Shown here: positions 37,064-46,531 of the stretch, in pieces | Numbering within the stretch: the stretch's first letter is position 1 | Layout of the letters: each line of letters begins with the position of its first letter | Sequence record: SRR31156797_1634 | Strand: one strand, 5' to 3' | DNA: 64,000 bases | Program-made: the position numbers and the translations under genes | Notes under the pieces: model-generated | Database searches by the model: none | Told to the model about the DNA's origin: nothing | What the model saw: only the letters and a program-made list of their open reading frames with translations

Positions 37064-38650
37064 ATGAGCACTGACACTCTTTTAGATAATACAACCCCAT
37101 TTACGGTAAATGGGAAGAACACCATGCAGCACGCCTATAACTCCGCTGACATGGACGCTTTTCCCTGCGAAAAATTTACACTGGGTAAAGAGCAACGAAC
37201 AAAAGAAAAAATATTCTTCCACTGTAATATGGTCGTTTTCGGGGATGAATATACGTCTACCTTTGTAAAAGATGTGCTGCCCACCCAACTCGGACCGGAT
37301 AATATTGAGGCCCTCAATTCAGAAGCTCGTTCGATATACGTTTTCTACACCACCCCCGAAGATCTCCCAACCATAAAGGAATCCCCCGCCTTTGCAGAGC
37401 TTGCCCAAATCATGGACATACGAATTCATATCATTGATTATGAGCACATAAGCAGTGCTAACAAATACAATTTCATGATTCAAAGTCATAAGCACTCCAT
37501 TCGCAAGGCACATGAGGAAGGAGCCAGAGCTTTGTTTCTTGCTCCTGATCTAATATTTCCGAAATGCGCATTCCGCAACTTATACCGCAGAACAGCTGAA
37601 GGGCATAAGGCGATTATGATCGGGACCATGAGAGTGACCAAAGAAGAATTCCTGCCGAAAATGCATGAACTATTCTTTGCTGATAACGATATAGCAGCCC
37701 CTATTGCGGCCCGTGCTTTGGTAGATTTAGTTATTGATAATTTACATCCCGACACCCGCAACTCAATCATAGGATCATCAAGAAGCACTGGATGGCCATC
37801 ACAATTGTTATGGGAAATTCCCGGTGAAGGTATTCTTGCACGAAATTTTCACCTGCAGCCAATCATGGTTTACCCAGTAGAACTCAACGAATTTAACGGA
37901 ACAGTGGATGACGATTGCGTCCGCAAAATATGCAAAAACATTGAAGACGTTTACATCACCCATGATTCTGACGAAATAGCCGCTTTCGACCTCAGTAAAA
38001 AGGATATCAGAACCATTGAACAGGATAAGCCTTTCAACATTGAGTACGCCGCAGCATGGGCGGATGACCATGCAGATGAATTTCACCGCCAGTTTGTGGA
38101 ACATGAAATCCGCTTCCATAACGGTAAATCCGGCCCGCTGTGGACTAAACTTTCAGAAAACGCAGCTGAAGTGGTGGACGCAATTAAAAACCACTCGCCC
38201 AGTGAAGAAGAACACTTCTTTCCTAAAGTTTTGCTGGATTACGATCTGCGCTTTCCTCCTCTTAAAATCGATTCGCCCTGCATTAATAACAATATTGAAC
38301 AGAAAGAACCGGACACAAGAATTACGCCGCCCCACTTAGAAGAAACAAAAACTGACATCCCCGGTCCGGAGGAAACCCGGTTCTGCCTGTCGCCATGGAA
38401 CTCCCCTCATGTCACGCCCTGCGGGGATGTGTATTCCTGCCGCATACGCCAAGAAGTTATGAGCCGAACAGATGAGAACACATCGCTCAGAAAGGCCATG
38501 CACAGTGCATCATTTACTGAACTGCGCAAGCAGCTTATCACTGGAAACATCAAAGACCCCGCCTGCCGAAACTGTCCCATCGCTCCCGTTCGCCCATTAC
38601 GCGATTTGAAACGCTCAATAGCTGATATGATCCGCGCCAGCATAAAATAA
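37064..38650 (+). CDS. Hypothetical protein (possible GT-A-like domain) with C-terminal SPASM-like domain
   Basis: VVFGDEY, LAPDLIF; C-terminal CLSPW...GDVYSC...CRNC; no CxxxCxxC. Confidence 0.55.
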   Translation: MSTDTLLDNTTPFTVNGKNTMQHAYNSADMDAFPCEKFTLGKEQRTKEKIFFHCNMVVFGDEYTSTFVKDVLPTQLGPDNIEALNSEARSIYVFYTTPEDLPTIKESPAFAELAQIMDIRIHIIDYEHISSANKYNFMIQSHKHSIRKAHEEGARALFLAPDLIFPKCAFRNLYRRTAEGHKAIMIGTMRVTKEEFLPKMHELFFADNDIAAPIAARALVDLVIDNLHPDTRNSIIGSSRSTGWPSQLLWEIPGEGILARNFHLQPIMVYPVELNEFNGTVDDDCVRKICKNIEDVYITHDSDEIAAFDLSKKDIRTIEQDKPFNIEYAAAWADDHADEFHRQFVEHEIRFHNGKSGPLWTKLSENAAEVVDAIKNHSPSEEEHFFPKVLLDYDLRFPPLKIDSPCINNNIEQKEPDTRITPPHLEETKTDIPGPEETRFCLSPWNSPHVTPCGDVYSCRIRQEVMSRTDENTSLRKAMHSASFTELRKQLITGNIKDPACRNCPIAPVRPLRDLKRSIADMIRASIK

Positions 38651-38660
38651 TCGCAATAAA

Positions 38661-38692
38661 AAAGACCTGCTTTTCTTAAAAAGCAGGTCTTT
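38661..38692. terminator. Intrinsic terminator between convergent genes, probably bidirectional
   Basis: AAAGACCTGCTTTT-CTTA-AAAAGCAGGTCTTT perfect 14-bp stem with A/T flanks. Confidence 0.8.
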
Positions 38693-38719
38693 ATGTTAAT
38701 AAATACTTAAGACCGAAAG

Positions 38720-38875
38720 CTACTTGCGACCTTTCTTGCCTCGGCTGCTGCCAGCACGGACAAGGACGTGGCTACCGTGACGATAACGATGACGTTGCTT
38801 ACGTTTAATCACCAACGGCAAAAAAAGGAGTGTTCCGATCGCTCCGAAAAGAGCCAGTCGGGCTAATGTGCTCAT
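38720..38875 (-). CDS. 51-aa membrane-anchored basic peptide (not in ORF track)
   Basis: MSTLARLALFGAIGTLLFLPLVIKRKQRHRYRHGSHVLVRAGSSRGKKGRK; ATGA overlap with upstream stop; followed by terminator. Confidence 0.65.
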   Translation of the reverse strand: MSTLARLALFGAIGTLLFLPLVIKRKQRHRYRHGSHVLVRAGSSRGKKGRK

Positions 38876-39126
38876 GCGGTTTCCTCCGCAGTTTCTTTAG
38901 CTGTTTTGGACACAAGGGAGCTTCCTTTCTCACGAGCCTGTTCGGCCAGCGATTTCACCTCTTCCTTGATACCCTCATACTGTTTTACGGTCCAATCTTT
39001 AGCCTTCAGTCCGGCTTTAACAGTACATACTGCTGCGGGACGTAATTTTTCAGACTTCAAAGCATATCCGGCCAAAACTCCGGCTGTGGCACCGGCTGCA
39101 AAAATTGCTATTCTTCCAAGAGACAT
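38872..39126 (-). CDS. 84-aa small protein with GxxxGxxxG hydrophobic N-terminus and amphipathic helix (DUF6110/FezA-like?)
   Basis: Strong AAGGAGG RBS; G12xxxG16xxxG20; RPAAV..VKAGL. Confidence 0.7.
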   Translation of the reverse strand: MSLGRIAIFAAGATAGVLAGYALKSEKLRPAAVCTVKAGLKAKDWTVKQYEGIKEEVKSLAEQAREKGSSLVSKTAKETAEETA

Positions 39127-39215
39127 AAAAACCTCCTTTGGCTTGCGTTTAAATCCAAATTAACTCTCTTGAAATAACCGCGCAAAGCCTGAAGGCAAAT
39201 ATCACTCTCAATTTT

Positions 39216-40112
39216 TTACCTGCTTCCGGGGCCCCAGTTCTCCCGTACTGTGGTAATAAAATTACTCACTGCCGGAAAAACATTCTTATTCCTATAAATT
39301 AAATGTAACTCAATGACTGGAAAATCTCCGCTCAACCTTTTAAAAACAACTCCCGGTGTCTTTCTACGGGCCAGACTTTCCGGCACAATGCCGATTCCCA
39401 CTTTGGCTGCAACAAGAGCAACAGTAGCACTCTTCCGTGCTGCTTCCTGCACCACATCCGGAACAAAACCGGCCTCGGCAAAGACTCTCATCCATTCATC
39501 GTATAGCCGGGGCTGTCCCTCACGTGGGAAAAAAATGAAATGCTCTCCGGCCAACTCTGAGACATCCACGCTTGTCCTTTCAGCAAGGGGATGCCCCTCC
39601 GGAACAACTAAAGCATATGATTCACGATGGAACAATTCACAATCAAGATCTGAAACATCATGTCGGAACAGCCGAACAATTCCGGCATCAAGTTCACCGC
39701 CACGCACAGCCTTAAGCTGATCATTGGTAAACATTTCCCGCAACTCCAGCCGCACTGCGGGATAATTTTCTTTAAATTTCCGGATATTATCTGCCAGCGA
39801 AGTCTCAAGAGCCGGACCGATATAGCCTAGTTTAAAACGCCCGCCCTGCCCGGTCGCAGCATCGAGAAGATTTGTTTCAGCTCGATCAATGGCCCGCAAT
39901 ATTCCCTGGGCATCACGCAGCAAAGAAGTTCCCGCAGCAGTTAACTCGACCGAACGCTTGTTGCGCTGAAAGAGTTTAACTCCAAGCTCATTTTCAAATT
40001 TCTTTATCTGCTGACTCAAGGGAGGCTGTGAAATATATAACCGCTTGGCAGCACGCCCGAAGTGCAGTTCCTCTGCCACTGCCAGAAAATATTTAAGCTG
40101 TCGTGTCTCCAT
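39216..40112 (-). CDS. LysR-family transcriptional regulator
   Basis: LKYFLAVAEELHFGRAAKRLYISQPPLSQQI. Confidence 0.95.
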   Translation of the reverse strand: METRQLKYFLAVAEELHFGRAAKRLYISQPPLSQQIKKFENELGVKLFQRNKRSVELTAAGTSLLRDAQGILRAIDRAETNLLDAATGQGGRFKLGYIGPALETSLADNIRKFKENYPAVRLELREMFTNDQLKAVRGGELDAGIVRLFRHDVSDLDCELFHRESYALVVPEGHPLAERTSVDVSELAGEHFIFFPREGQPRLYDEWMRVFAEAGFVPDVVQEAARKSATVALVAAKVGIGIVPESLARRKTPGVVFKRLSGDFPVIELHLIYRNKNVFPAVSNFITTVRENWGPGSR

Positions 40113-40113
40113 C

Positions 40114-40136
40114 AGTAATATCTAACAGATATTACT
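40114..40136. promoter_or_regulatory. Probable LysR recognition site
   Basis: Perfect inverted repeat AGTAATATCT-AAC-AGATATTACT containing T-N11-A (40119-40131) in the divergent lysR/AKR spacer. Confidence 0.7.
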
Positions 40137-40219
40137 ATGATCAAAAAGATATATTCGACATATTTATCACCCGAAAATATTAATCACTCATCCAGCAACC
40201 CAAACAACCGGAGATAATC

Positions 40220-41212
40220 ATGTCTGGAAAAATGAGCTTAAAAACACTCGGCAACAGCGACATCAAAATTTCCCCCATCGGCCTCGGCTGCATGGGATTA
40301 AGTGAATTCTACGGCCAACCCGCATCAGAAAAACAAGGACGTGAACTGATCCACCACGCCCTTGATCAGGGAGTAAATTTCTTCGACACCGCTGACATGT
40401 ATGGTGGAGGGCACAATGAGAGATTACTGGCGAAAGCACTGCATGAACGCAGGGGAGAAGCGGTGATCGCCACCAAATTCGGGATTGTGCGCGAAGACGG
40501 TGAATACGCCCGGACTATCAGCGGCAAGCCCGAATATGTACGCAAAGCCTGTCACGAAAGTCTGCGTCGACTGAAAACAGACTACATCGACCTCTACTAC
40601 ATCCATCGGGTGGACAAGAACACCCCCATCGAAGAAACCATCAGAGAAATGTCCAGACTTGTGGAAGAAGGCAAGATCAGGGCCATCGGTATATCCGAAG
40701 CTTCCGCAGAAACCCTGCGCCGCGCACATGCTGTCCATCCGCTTTCAGCCCTGCAATCAGAATACTCCATGCTTACCCGCGACCCGGAAATGGAAATACT
40801 GAGCCTGACCCGAGAACTTAGAATCAGCTTTGTTCCCTACAGTCCCATCTGCCGGGGATTACTCAGCAACTGGAAACCGTCAGAGGATAAAACCGACTTC
40901 AGAAACATGCTGCCCCGCTTTCAGGGCAAAGCTTATGACAGCAACAAATCCATTGCCGAATCCCTTACCCGGATTGCAGAAAGCAAAAACTGCACATTAG
41001 CCCAACTCTCACTGGCCTGGGTCTGTGCACAGGGGGAAAACATCATACCTATTCCCGGAACCACAAAAATCAAAAACCTTAATTCCAACATCAGAGCCAC
41101 ACGCGTTAACCTGAACAACGACGACATTGCCGCCATTGAGAAAATCCTTACGGCCAATAAAGTGCAGGGAAAACGTTATACTGATGAAGGTATGAAAGGA
41201 GTGAATATATAA
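40220..41212 (+). CDS. Aldo/keto reductase
   Basis: GLGCMG, FDTADMYG, IATKFG, DLYYIHR, IGISE, PIPGT. Confidence 0.93.
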   Translation: MSGKMSLKTLGNSDIKISPIGLGCMGLSEFYGQPASEKQGRELIHHALDQGVNFFDTADMYGGGHNERLLAKALHERRGEAVIATKFGIVREDGEYARTISGKPEYVRKACHESLRRLKTDYIDLYYIHRVDKNTPIEETIREMSRLVEEGKIRAIGISEASAETLRRAHAVHPLSALQSEYSMLTRDPEMEILSLTRELRISFVPYSPICRGLLSNWKPSEDKTDFRNMLPRFQGKAYDSNKSIAESLTRIAESKNCTLAQLSLAWVCAQGENIIPIPGTTKIKNLNSNIRATRVNLNNDDIAAIEKILTANKVQGKRYTDEGMKGVNI

Positions 41213-41217
41213 AGGAG

Positions 41218-41254
41218 AATCCCCCTTCCCGTAATTTCCACAGGAAGGGGGATT
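41218..41254. terminator. Hairpin/terminator after aldo/keto reductase
   Basis: AATCCCCCTTCC...GGAAGGGGGATT 12-bp stem. Confidence 0.65.
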
Positions 41255-41365
41255 AAAGAAACAACACAGACCTGTTCATATCTGTACTCACCCGACAGGG
41301 CGTGATATGGTAGACCACCAATATTAGTGTTTGGTCATATTTTCAAACATTTTGGACAGGATATA

Positions 41366-42766
41366 ATGGCAAAAAACAAAGATCAACGAACAAACATTGC
41401 CCTGTTTGTCGCAGCAATATATGCCCTCTTCGGTTTTTTCTGGATTTTATTCTCGGATAAATTTCTGACCCTTCTCGTGCGCGACACGGAACTGATTAAC
41501 AAGATACAAACTTTCAAAGGCTGGTTCTATGTCCTGATCAGTGCCGCAATAATATACTTTCTGGTAAACAAGTATGATCGTTCCGTTCAAAAAAGCCAAC
41601 AGGACTACAGAAGACTGCTCGAAAACATTGCCGACCCCATCTATCTGGTAAATTCAGTTGGTCAGGTTATGGATATAAATGAAGCTGCACAGGAGACGCT
41701 GGGCTACAGCAAATATGAATTTAAAGGACTGACCTTGGCTGATCTGGACCCCAATGTTGATCTTGAAGACTGGCGCAGAACTATTGTCAATACTCCTCTT
41801 GATCAACGATTTGCACAGGAAAGCAGACACAAACGCAAAGACGGTACCTCCTTCCCTGTTGAAGTGGTCGCCTGCGTTTTTAAAGATGAAGAGCAAATTT
41901 TCTATCTTGGGGTAGCCCGGGACATCTCCCATAGAATTCAAACTCTTGAACTACTTGTTCAGAATGAGAAAATGAGTTCACTGGGTGCAATGGCTGCAGG
42001 GATAGCCCATGAAATCAACAATCCTCTTTCGGCTATACTTGGTGCATGCCAAAACATCACCAACCGCATCTTCAAAGATACCCCGCGGAACCTGCATACT
42101 GCCGAAGAATGCAATGCGGATTTAAAAACCATGCGGGAATACATTCGCAAAAGAGATATCCTGCGCATGATAGGTTCCATATCCGACGCAGGAGAACGTG
42201 CCTCCAAGATCGTATCAAGTATGCTTAATTTCAGTCGTGGAGGCTCAAGGGAAATGCACACCTGCCGGATTACGACATTGATAGATGAAAGCCTTGATCT
42301 AATAGCCTCGGATTTCAGTTTCAGTAGCAATGCTCGGTTCAACCAAATAAAAATAGAGAAAGACTATCCGCCACATCCACTGCCAATCTGCTGTATTCGC
42401 AGTGAAATACAACAAGTGCTAATGAATCTGGTGAAAAATGCAGGTGAGGCTATGGCAGAAAAACAATATCCAGAAGGGAGCTTCCCGCAACTGCAACTAC
42501 GGGTAAGAAACGGCAAACATTTGATTTATGTCGAAATAGAAGACAACGGTCCCGGAATTCCGCAAGACAAAGTGAAAAAAGTATTCGAACCATTCTACAC
42601 ATCCAAAGATGTCGGCGAGGGGACAGGGCTGGGATTATCGATATCTTATTTCATCATTACCGAGCAGCACAAAGGAAGAATGGAAGTGAAAAGTACTCTC
42701 GGCGAAGGGACTAAATTCATAATTACCCTGCCGGAAGACACATGCAATTGCTGTAAAGCAAAATAA
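41366..42766 (+). CDS. Membrane PAS sensor histidine kinase (NtrB-like)
   Basis: Two TM segments, PAS, AHEINNP, NLVKNA, DNGPG, GTGLGL. Confidence 0.92.
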   Translation: MAKNKDQRTNIALFVAAIYALFGFFWILFSDKFLTLLVRDTELINKIQTFKGWFYVLISAAIIYFLVNKYDRSVQKSQQDYRRLLENIADPIYLVNSVGQVMDINEAAQETLGYSKYEFKGLTLADLDPNVDLEDWRRTIVNTPLDQRFAQESRHKRKDGTSFPVEVVACVFKDEEQIFYLGVARDISHRIQTLELLVQNEKMSSLGAMAAGIAHEINNPLSAILGACQNITNRIFKDTPRNLHTAEECNADLKTMREYIRKRDILRMIGSISDAGERASKIVSSMLNFSRGGSREMHTCRITTLIDESLDLIASDFSFSSNARFNQIKIEKDYPPHPLPICCIRSEIQQVLMNLVKNAGEAMAEKQYPEGSFPQLQLRVRNGKHLIYVEIEDNGPGIPQDKVKKVFEPFYTSKDVGEGTGLGLSISYFIITEQHKGRMEVKSTLGEGTKFIITLPEDTCNCCKAK

Positions 42767-42812
42767 AAGGAAGCCCGGACAACCGGACCTCCCATTCTAT
42801 TTCAATAAAATT

Positions 42813-43175
42813 CTACTGCTTAATCAAAGTCAGCAACATCTTGAACCGCTCCCGGGCCTCGAGGCCGTGAGGGATATTGGCGGGCATAACAATTGACTCC
42901 CCCGCCGCGACATTGAAGACTTCATCGCCGATGGTCACTTCAGCTACTCCGTCCAGTACCTGCACCATGGCATCGCCCGGTGCGCTGTGAGTACTGATCC
43001 CTTCCCCGGCATCAAAAGCAAACAGGGTCAGGGAAATCTGCTTGACCTGTGAAAGGGTCCTGCTGACCACCTGTCCTTCCTGATAAACTACCAGATCGGT
43101 CAGGTTCAGCACCTTGTTATGGTCAATATTCTTTATTGTTACGTCCTTAAGATTCTTGAGTTCTAAGTCAGCCAT
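42813..43175 (-). CDS. Cupin domain protein
   Basis: VVSRTL, FAFDAGEGISTH, MPANIPH, FKMLL; GGAGG RBS before ATG 43175. Confidence 0.85.
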   Translation of the reverse strand: MADLELKNLKDVTIKNIDHNKVLNLTDLVVYQEGQVVSRTLSQVKQISLTLFAFDAGEGISTHSAPGDAMVQVLDGVAEVTIGDEVFNVAAGESIVMPANIPHGLEARERFKMLLTLIKQ

Positions 43176-43266
43176 ATCAACCTCCATATAAAGGTCGGGT
43201 TTGAGATTCAGGTTGAATTTCTCAACCGCTACGACTTATATTTCACACAAAGAAAGTAGGAATTAT

Positions 43267-43280
43267 ATGATGTAAGTCAA
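43267..43280 (-). promoter_or_regulatory. Candidate CRP/FNR-family (HcpR-like) site upstream of cupin
   Basis: Minus strand TTGAC-N4-ATCAT versus FNR consensus TTGAT-N4-ATCAA. Confidence 0.35.
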
Positions 43281-43282
43281 TC

Positions 43283-46200
43283 CTATCTATTTTCCTTCTC
43301 AAAAACATAATATCCCACCGGAATTACCAGCAGCGTGAACAGGGTGGAAGCGAATAGCCCGAAAATCAATGCCCAAGCCAGACCGGAAAAAATCGGGTCA
43401 AGGGTAATGGGCCATGCGCCAAGGGCGGTGGTAGCCGCGGTCAAGGCGATGGGCCGAAGACGTACAGAACCGGACTTGATAATTGCATCCTTTAATTCCA
43501 TACCCTCGGCAACGGACTGACGGATAAAATCGATGAGCACCAACGAATTGCGGATGACAATGCCACCCAACGCAATCATGCCGATCATGCCTGTAGCTGT
43601 GAAAAAGACCGGATCAGCAAAAGCTTCTCCAACTATTCCTTGTACGGTTCCGGCACTGATCAGGTTAAGCAGCCAGAATCCGGGCATGATACCCAGCAGG
43701 GTTAGCGGAATAGCGCACATGATCAACAGTGGCATTGAGAACGATCCGGTTTCCACAATAAGTAGAATATATATCCCCAATAGTGCGGCACCAAAAGCAA
43801 GGCCGAGATCGCGGAAAACATCCAAAGTAATCTGCCACTCCCCTTCCCCGGCCCACTCGGACCAGATGAACGGAGCCAGCGGATCTTTAGCAAGCTTGCC
43901 TTGCATATCGAGGATGGCTTCGCCCGGTGCTCGCCCGGCCATTTCCGCAAACACGTAAACCACACGTTTAAGATTCTTATGGTAAACGGGTTGCTCACGA
44001 CTGATCTCAACCAGACGCCCCAGCTCAGCCAAGGGCACGCTTTTTCCGTCGGAAGTGCGCACCTTGAGTTGTTCAAGGGATGACACATCCGCCCGCCGTA
44101 ACAAGGGCAGGATTAGCCGCACCGGAAGCGGGTTACGCTCGCCTTGCTCATGAACCGTAGCCGGAACCATACCTGACAAGACCATCTGCAAGGTACTCAC
44201 CACGTCACGGGCGCTAACCCCGTGCAAGGCCGCTTTTTCCTTGTCGAGCACAAAATCAACCATGGTCTGGTCCGCTTCAGTGGAAGTGTCGATATCCACC
44301 ACTCCGGGTTCCTCTTCCATGATAGTGGCAATCTGCTGCGCACCTTCGAGGAGAGCGGAATAAGGACGGTCCTCGGCTCCGTAAACCTCAGTGGTAATGG
44401 TGGAGATGACCGGAGGTCCGGGCGGGGATTCCACAATCTTGATGTTGGCATTGTTACGTCTGGCGACCTCTTCCAACTCATTGCGCAAACGGAGCACAAT
44501 GGCGTGGCTCTGTTCCTCACGCTGGGATTTGTCCGCCAGATTGACCCGGATATCAGCCATGTTTCCGCCCTCCCGCCAATAGTAATGGCGGACCAGGCCG
44601 TTGAAATCCATGGGCGAAGGCTCTCCGGCATAGGTCACGAAATTAGTCACTTCAGGCACGGTTTTGAGAACCTGTTCCATTTCACGGACGACCCGGTCAG
44701 TCTGCTCAAGAGGCGTGCCTTCATCCATATCAATAATAATCTGAAATTCATTCTTGTTGTCAAAGGGCAGCATCTTCAGCGGCACCAACCGCAATCCAGC
44801 CAATCCCATGGAAAAGATCAACCCGATCACGATCACACCCACCAATGACCAGCGACGGACACGAGACTCCAGAAAAGGAGTTATTATCCGGGAATACATG
44901 GACTCAATCCGTCCCGGACCGGAAGCTGTTACGGACTTGGACTTCAAATCCTTAAGCAAACGAAAGGCCAGCCACGGAACAATGGTCAGAGCGCAGACCG
45001 TGGAAAAGGTCACGGTCAGCGGCACGTTAGCGGCCATGGGGGCCATGTACGGTCCCATCATTCCGGTAATGAAAAAAAGCGGCACAAATGAAACAATGAT
45101 CGCCAGTGTGGACATGATAACCGGAGGCAGGACCTCGGAAACCGCATCAAGAGTGGCTTCAGACGGCTTTTTCTTTTTCATGAGAATATGCCGCTGAATA
45201 TTATCCACATTAGTAATCGGATCATCCACCACCAACCCGAGGGATAAGATAAGCGCGAAAAGGGTTACCCGGTTGATGGTGTAACCAAGCAGATAATTGA
45301 CGAACAGGGCCAGCGAAAAACTTATCGGCACTGCAAGGGCCACAACCGCAGCCTCACGCCAGCCGAGGGTCAGAGCCAGCAGAATAACCACGGTAAGCAC
45401 CGCAAAGCCCAATGAGCCGAGCAATTCGTCAACCTTGGCATCAGCGGTCTTGCCGTAATCGCGGGTGACTTCTACTTCAATCCCTGCAGGCAGTATGGCC
45501 TGTTTAAGCTGTTCCATGCGTTTAAGCACGGCCTCGGCAACCTTGACCGCGTTGGTCCCCTTTTTCTTAGAAAAGGCGATTGTAACTGCCGGACGGGAAC
45601 CCTGCTCCGGGTTCAGCCCGGTTCGGGTCAAATACATGCGAGAAAAACCGATCCGTGAATAAGAATCAGCTTCCTGCGGACCGTCAAGGACCTCAGCTAC
45701 ATCACGCAGATAAACTGGACGGGAATTAAAAACACCAACCACCAGATTACGCACATCAGCAGCGTCTTCCAAAAAGGAATTGGCGGAGACAACAATCTCA
45801 CGGTTCCCGGAAAGCACTGATCCGGCCACAGCAGACTGATCTGCCCCCTGGAGTGCCCCGGCGATTTCCAGCGGGGAAATATTAAACCCGGCCATACGTT
45901 CGGGCAACAATTCCACCCGCACCTCACGAGAACGCCCGGAAACGAGTGAAACGCGGGAAAGATTCTCCACTTCAGCCAGACGGGAAGCCAATTCTTCTGC
46001 CACCCTGCGTAACTCAAAATCAGAAAGTTCTTCACGTCCCCCGGAGGAAGAGGTGGACGGATAAAGTGTCAGGGCAACGATGGGCACATCGTCAATTTCA
46101 ACAGGCTTGATAACCCAGCTTGCAGCAATCCCCGGAGCCATATCAGTGTTCTTTGCAATAGCATTATGCAGCTTGATCAAGGATTCCTCACGATCCTCCC

Positions 46201-46531
46201 CCACGTAAAAACGGACCGTGACCATGGATGAATCCCGCCGGGAAACGGAATACACATACTCCACCCCGTCAATCTGCCAGAGAATACGTTCCAGCGGAGT
46301 AGTGATCAGCTTCTCCACCTCTTCCACTCCGGCACCGGGAGCCTGCACCATAATGTCAGCCATCGGCACCACAATCTGCGGTTCTTCCTCCCGCGGCGTA
46401 AGCTGTACGGCAGCCACACCAAGCAGAAGAGCGCCTATAACCAGCACCACAGTCAGCTTGGAATGCAGAAAGAAACGAACCGCTGAAGCGATCTGTCCTT
46501 GAGCATGCTCAGTTTTTTGCGAAGCAGACAT
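43283..46531 (-). CDS. RND efflux permease subunit (AcrB/CusA superfamily)
   Basis: 1082 aa, TPREEEPQI, LVVDD, IVIRN, RLRPI.LT. Confidence 0.93.
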   Translation of the reverse strand: MSASQKTEHAQGQIASAVRFFLHSKLTVVLVIGALLLGVAAVQLTPREEEPQIVVPMADIMVQAPGAGVEEVEKLITTPLERILWQIDGVEYVYSVSRRDSSMVTVRFYVGEDREESLIKLHNAIAKNTDMAPGIAASWVIKPVEIDDVPIVALTLYPSTSSSGGREELSDFELRRVAEELASRLAEVENLSRVSLVSGRSREVRVELLPERMAGFNISPLEIAGALQGADQSAVAGSVLSGNREIVVSANSFLEDAADVRNLVVGVFNSRPVYLRDVAEVLDGPQEADSYSRIGFSRMYLTRTGLNPEQGSRPAVTIAFSKKKGTNAVKVAEAVLKRMEQLKQAILPAGIEVEVTRDYGKTADAKVDELLGSLGFAVLTVVILLALTLGWREAAVVALAVPISFSLALFVNYLLGYTINRVTLFALILSLGLVVDDPITNVDNIQRHILMKKKKPSEATLDAVSEVLPPVIMSTLAIIVSFVPLFFITGMMGPYMAPMAANVPLTVTFSTVCALTIVPWLAFRLLKDLKSKSVTASGPGRIESMYSRIITPFLESRVRRWSLVGVIVIGLIFSMGLAGLRLVPLKMLPFDNKNEFQIIIDMDEGTPLEQTDRVVREMEQVLKTVPEVTNFVTYAGEPSPMDFNGLVRHYYWREGGNMADIRVNLADKSQREEQSHAIVLRLRNELEEVARRNNANIKIVESPPGPPVISTITTEVYGAEDRPYSALLEGAQQIATIMEEEPGVVDIDTSTEADQTMVDFVLDKEKAALHGVSARDVVSTLQMVLSGMVPATVHEQGERNPLPVRLILPLLRRADVSSLEQLKVRTSDGKSVPLAELGRLVEISREQPVYHKNLKRVVYVFAEMAGRAPGEAILDMQGKLAKDPLAPFIWSEWAGEGEWQITLDVFRDLGLAFGAALLGIYILLIVETGSFSMPLLIMCAIPLTLLGIMPGFWLLNLISAGTVQGIVGEAFADPVFFTATGMIGMIALGGIVIRNSLVLIDFIRQSVAEGMELKDAIIKSGSVRLRPIALTAATTALGAWPITLDPIFSGLAWALIFGLFASTLFTLLVIPVGYYVFEKENR

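Noticed and set aside
27622-38650. RiPP system around the radical SAM/SPASM enzymes
   Set aside because: No precursor peptide, PqqD/RRE domain or peptidase; context is sugar metabolism
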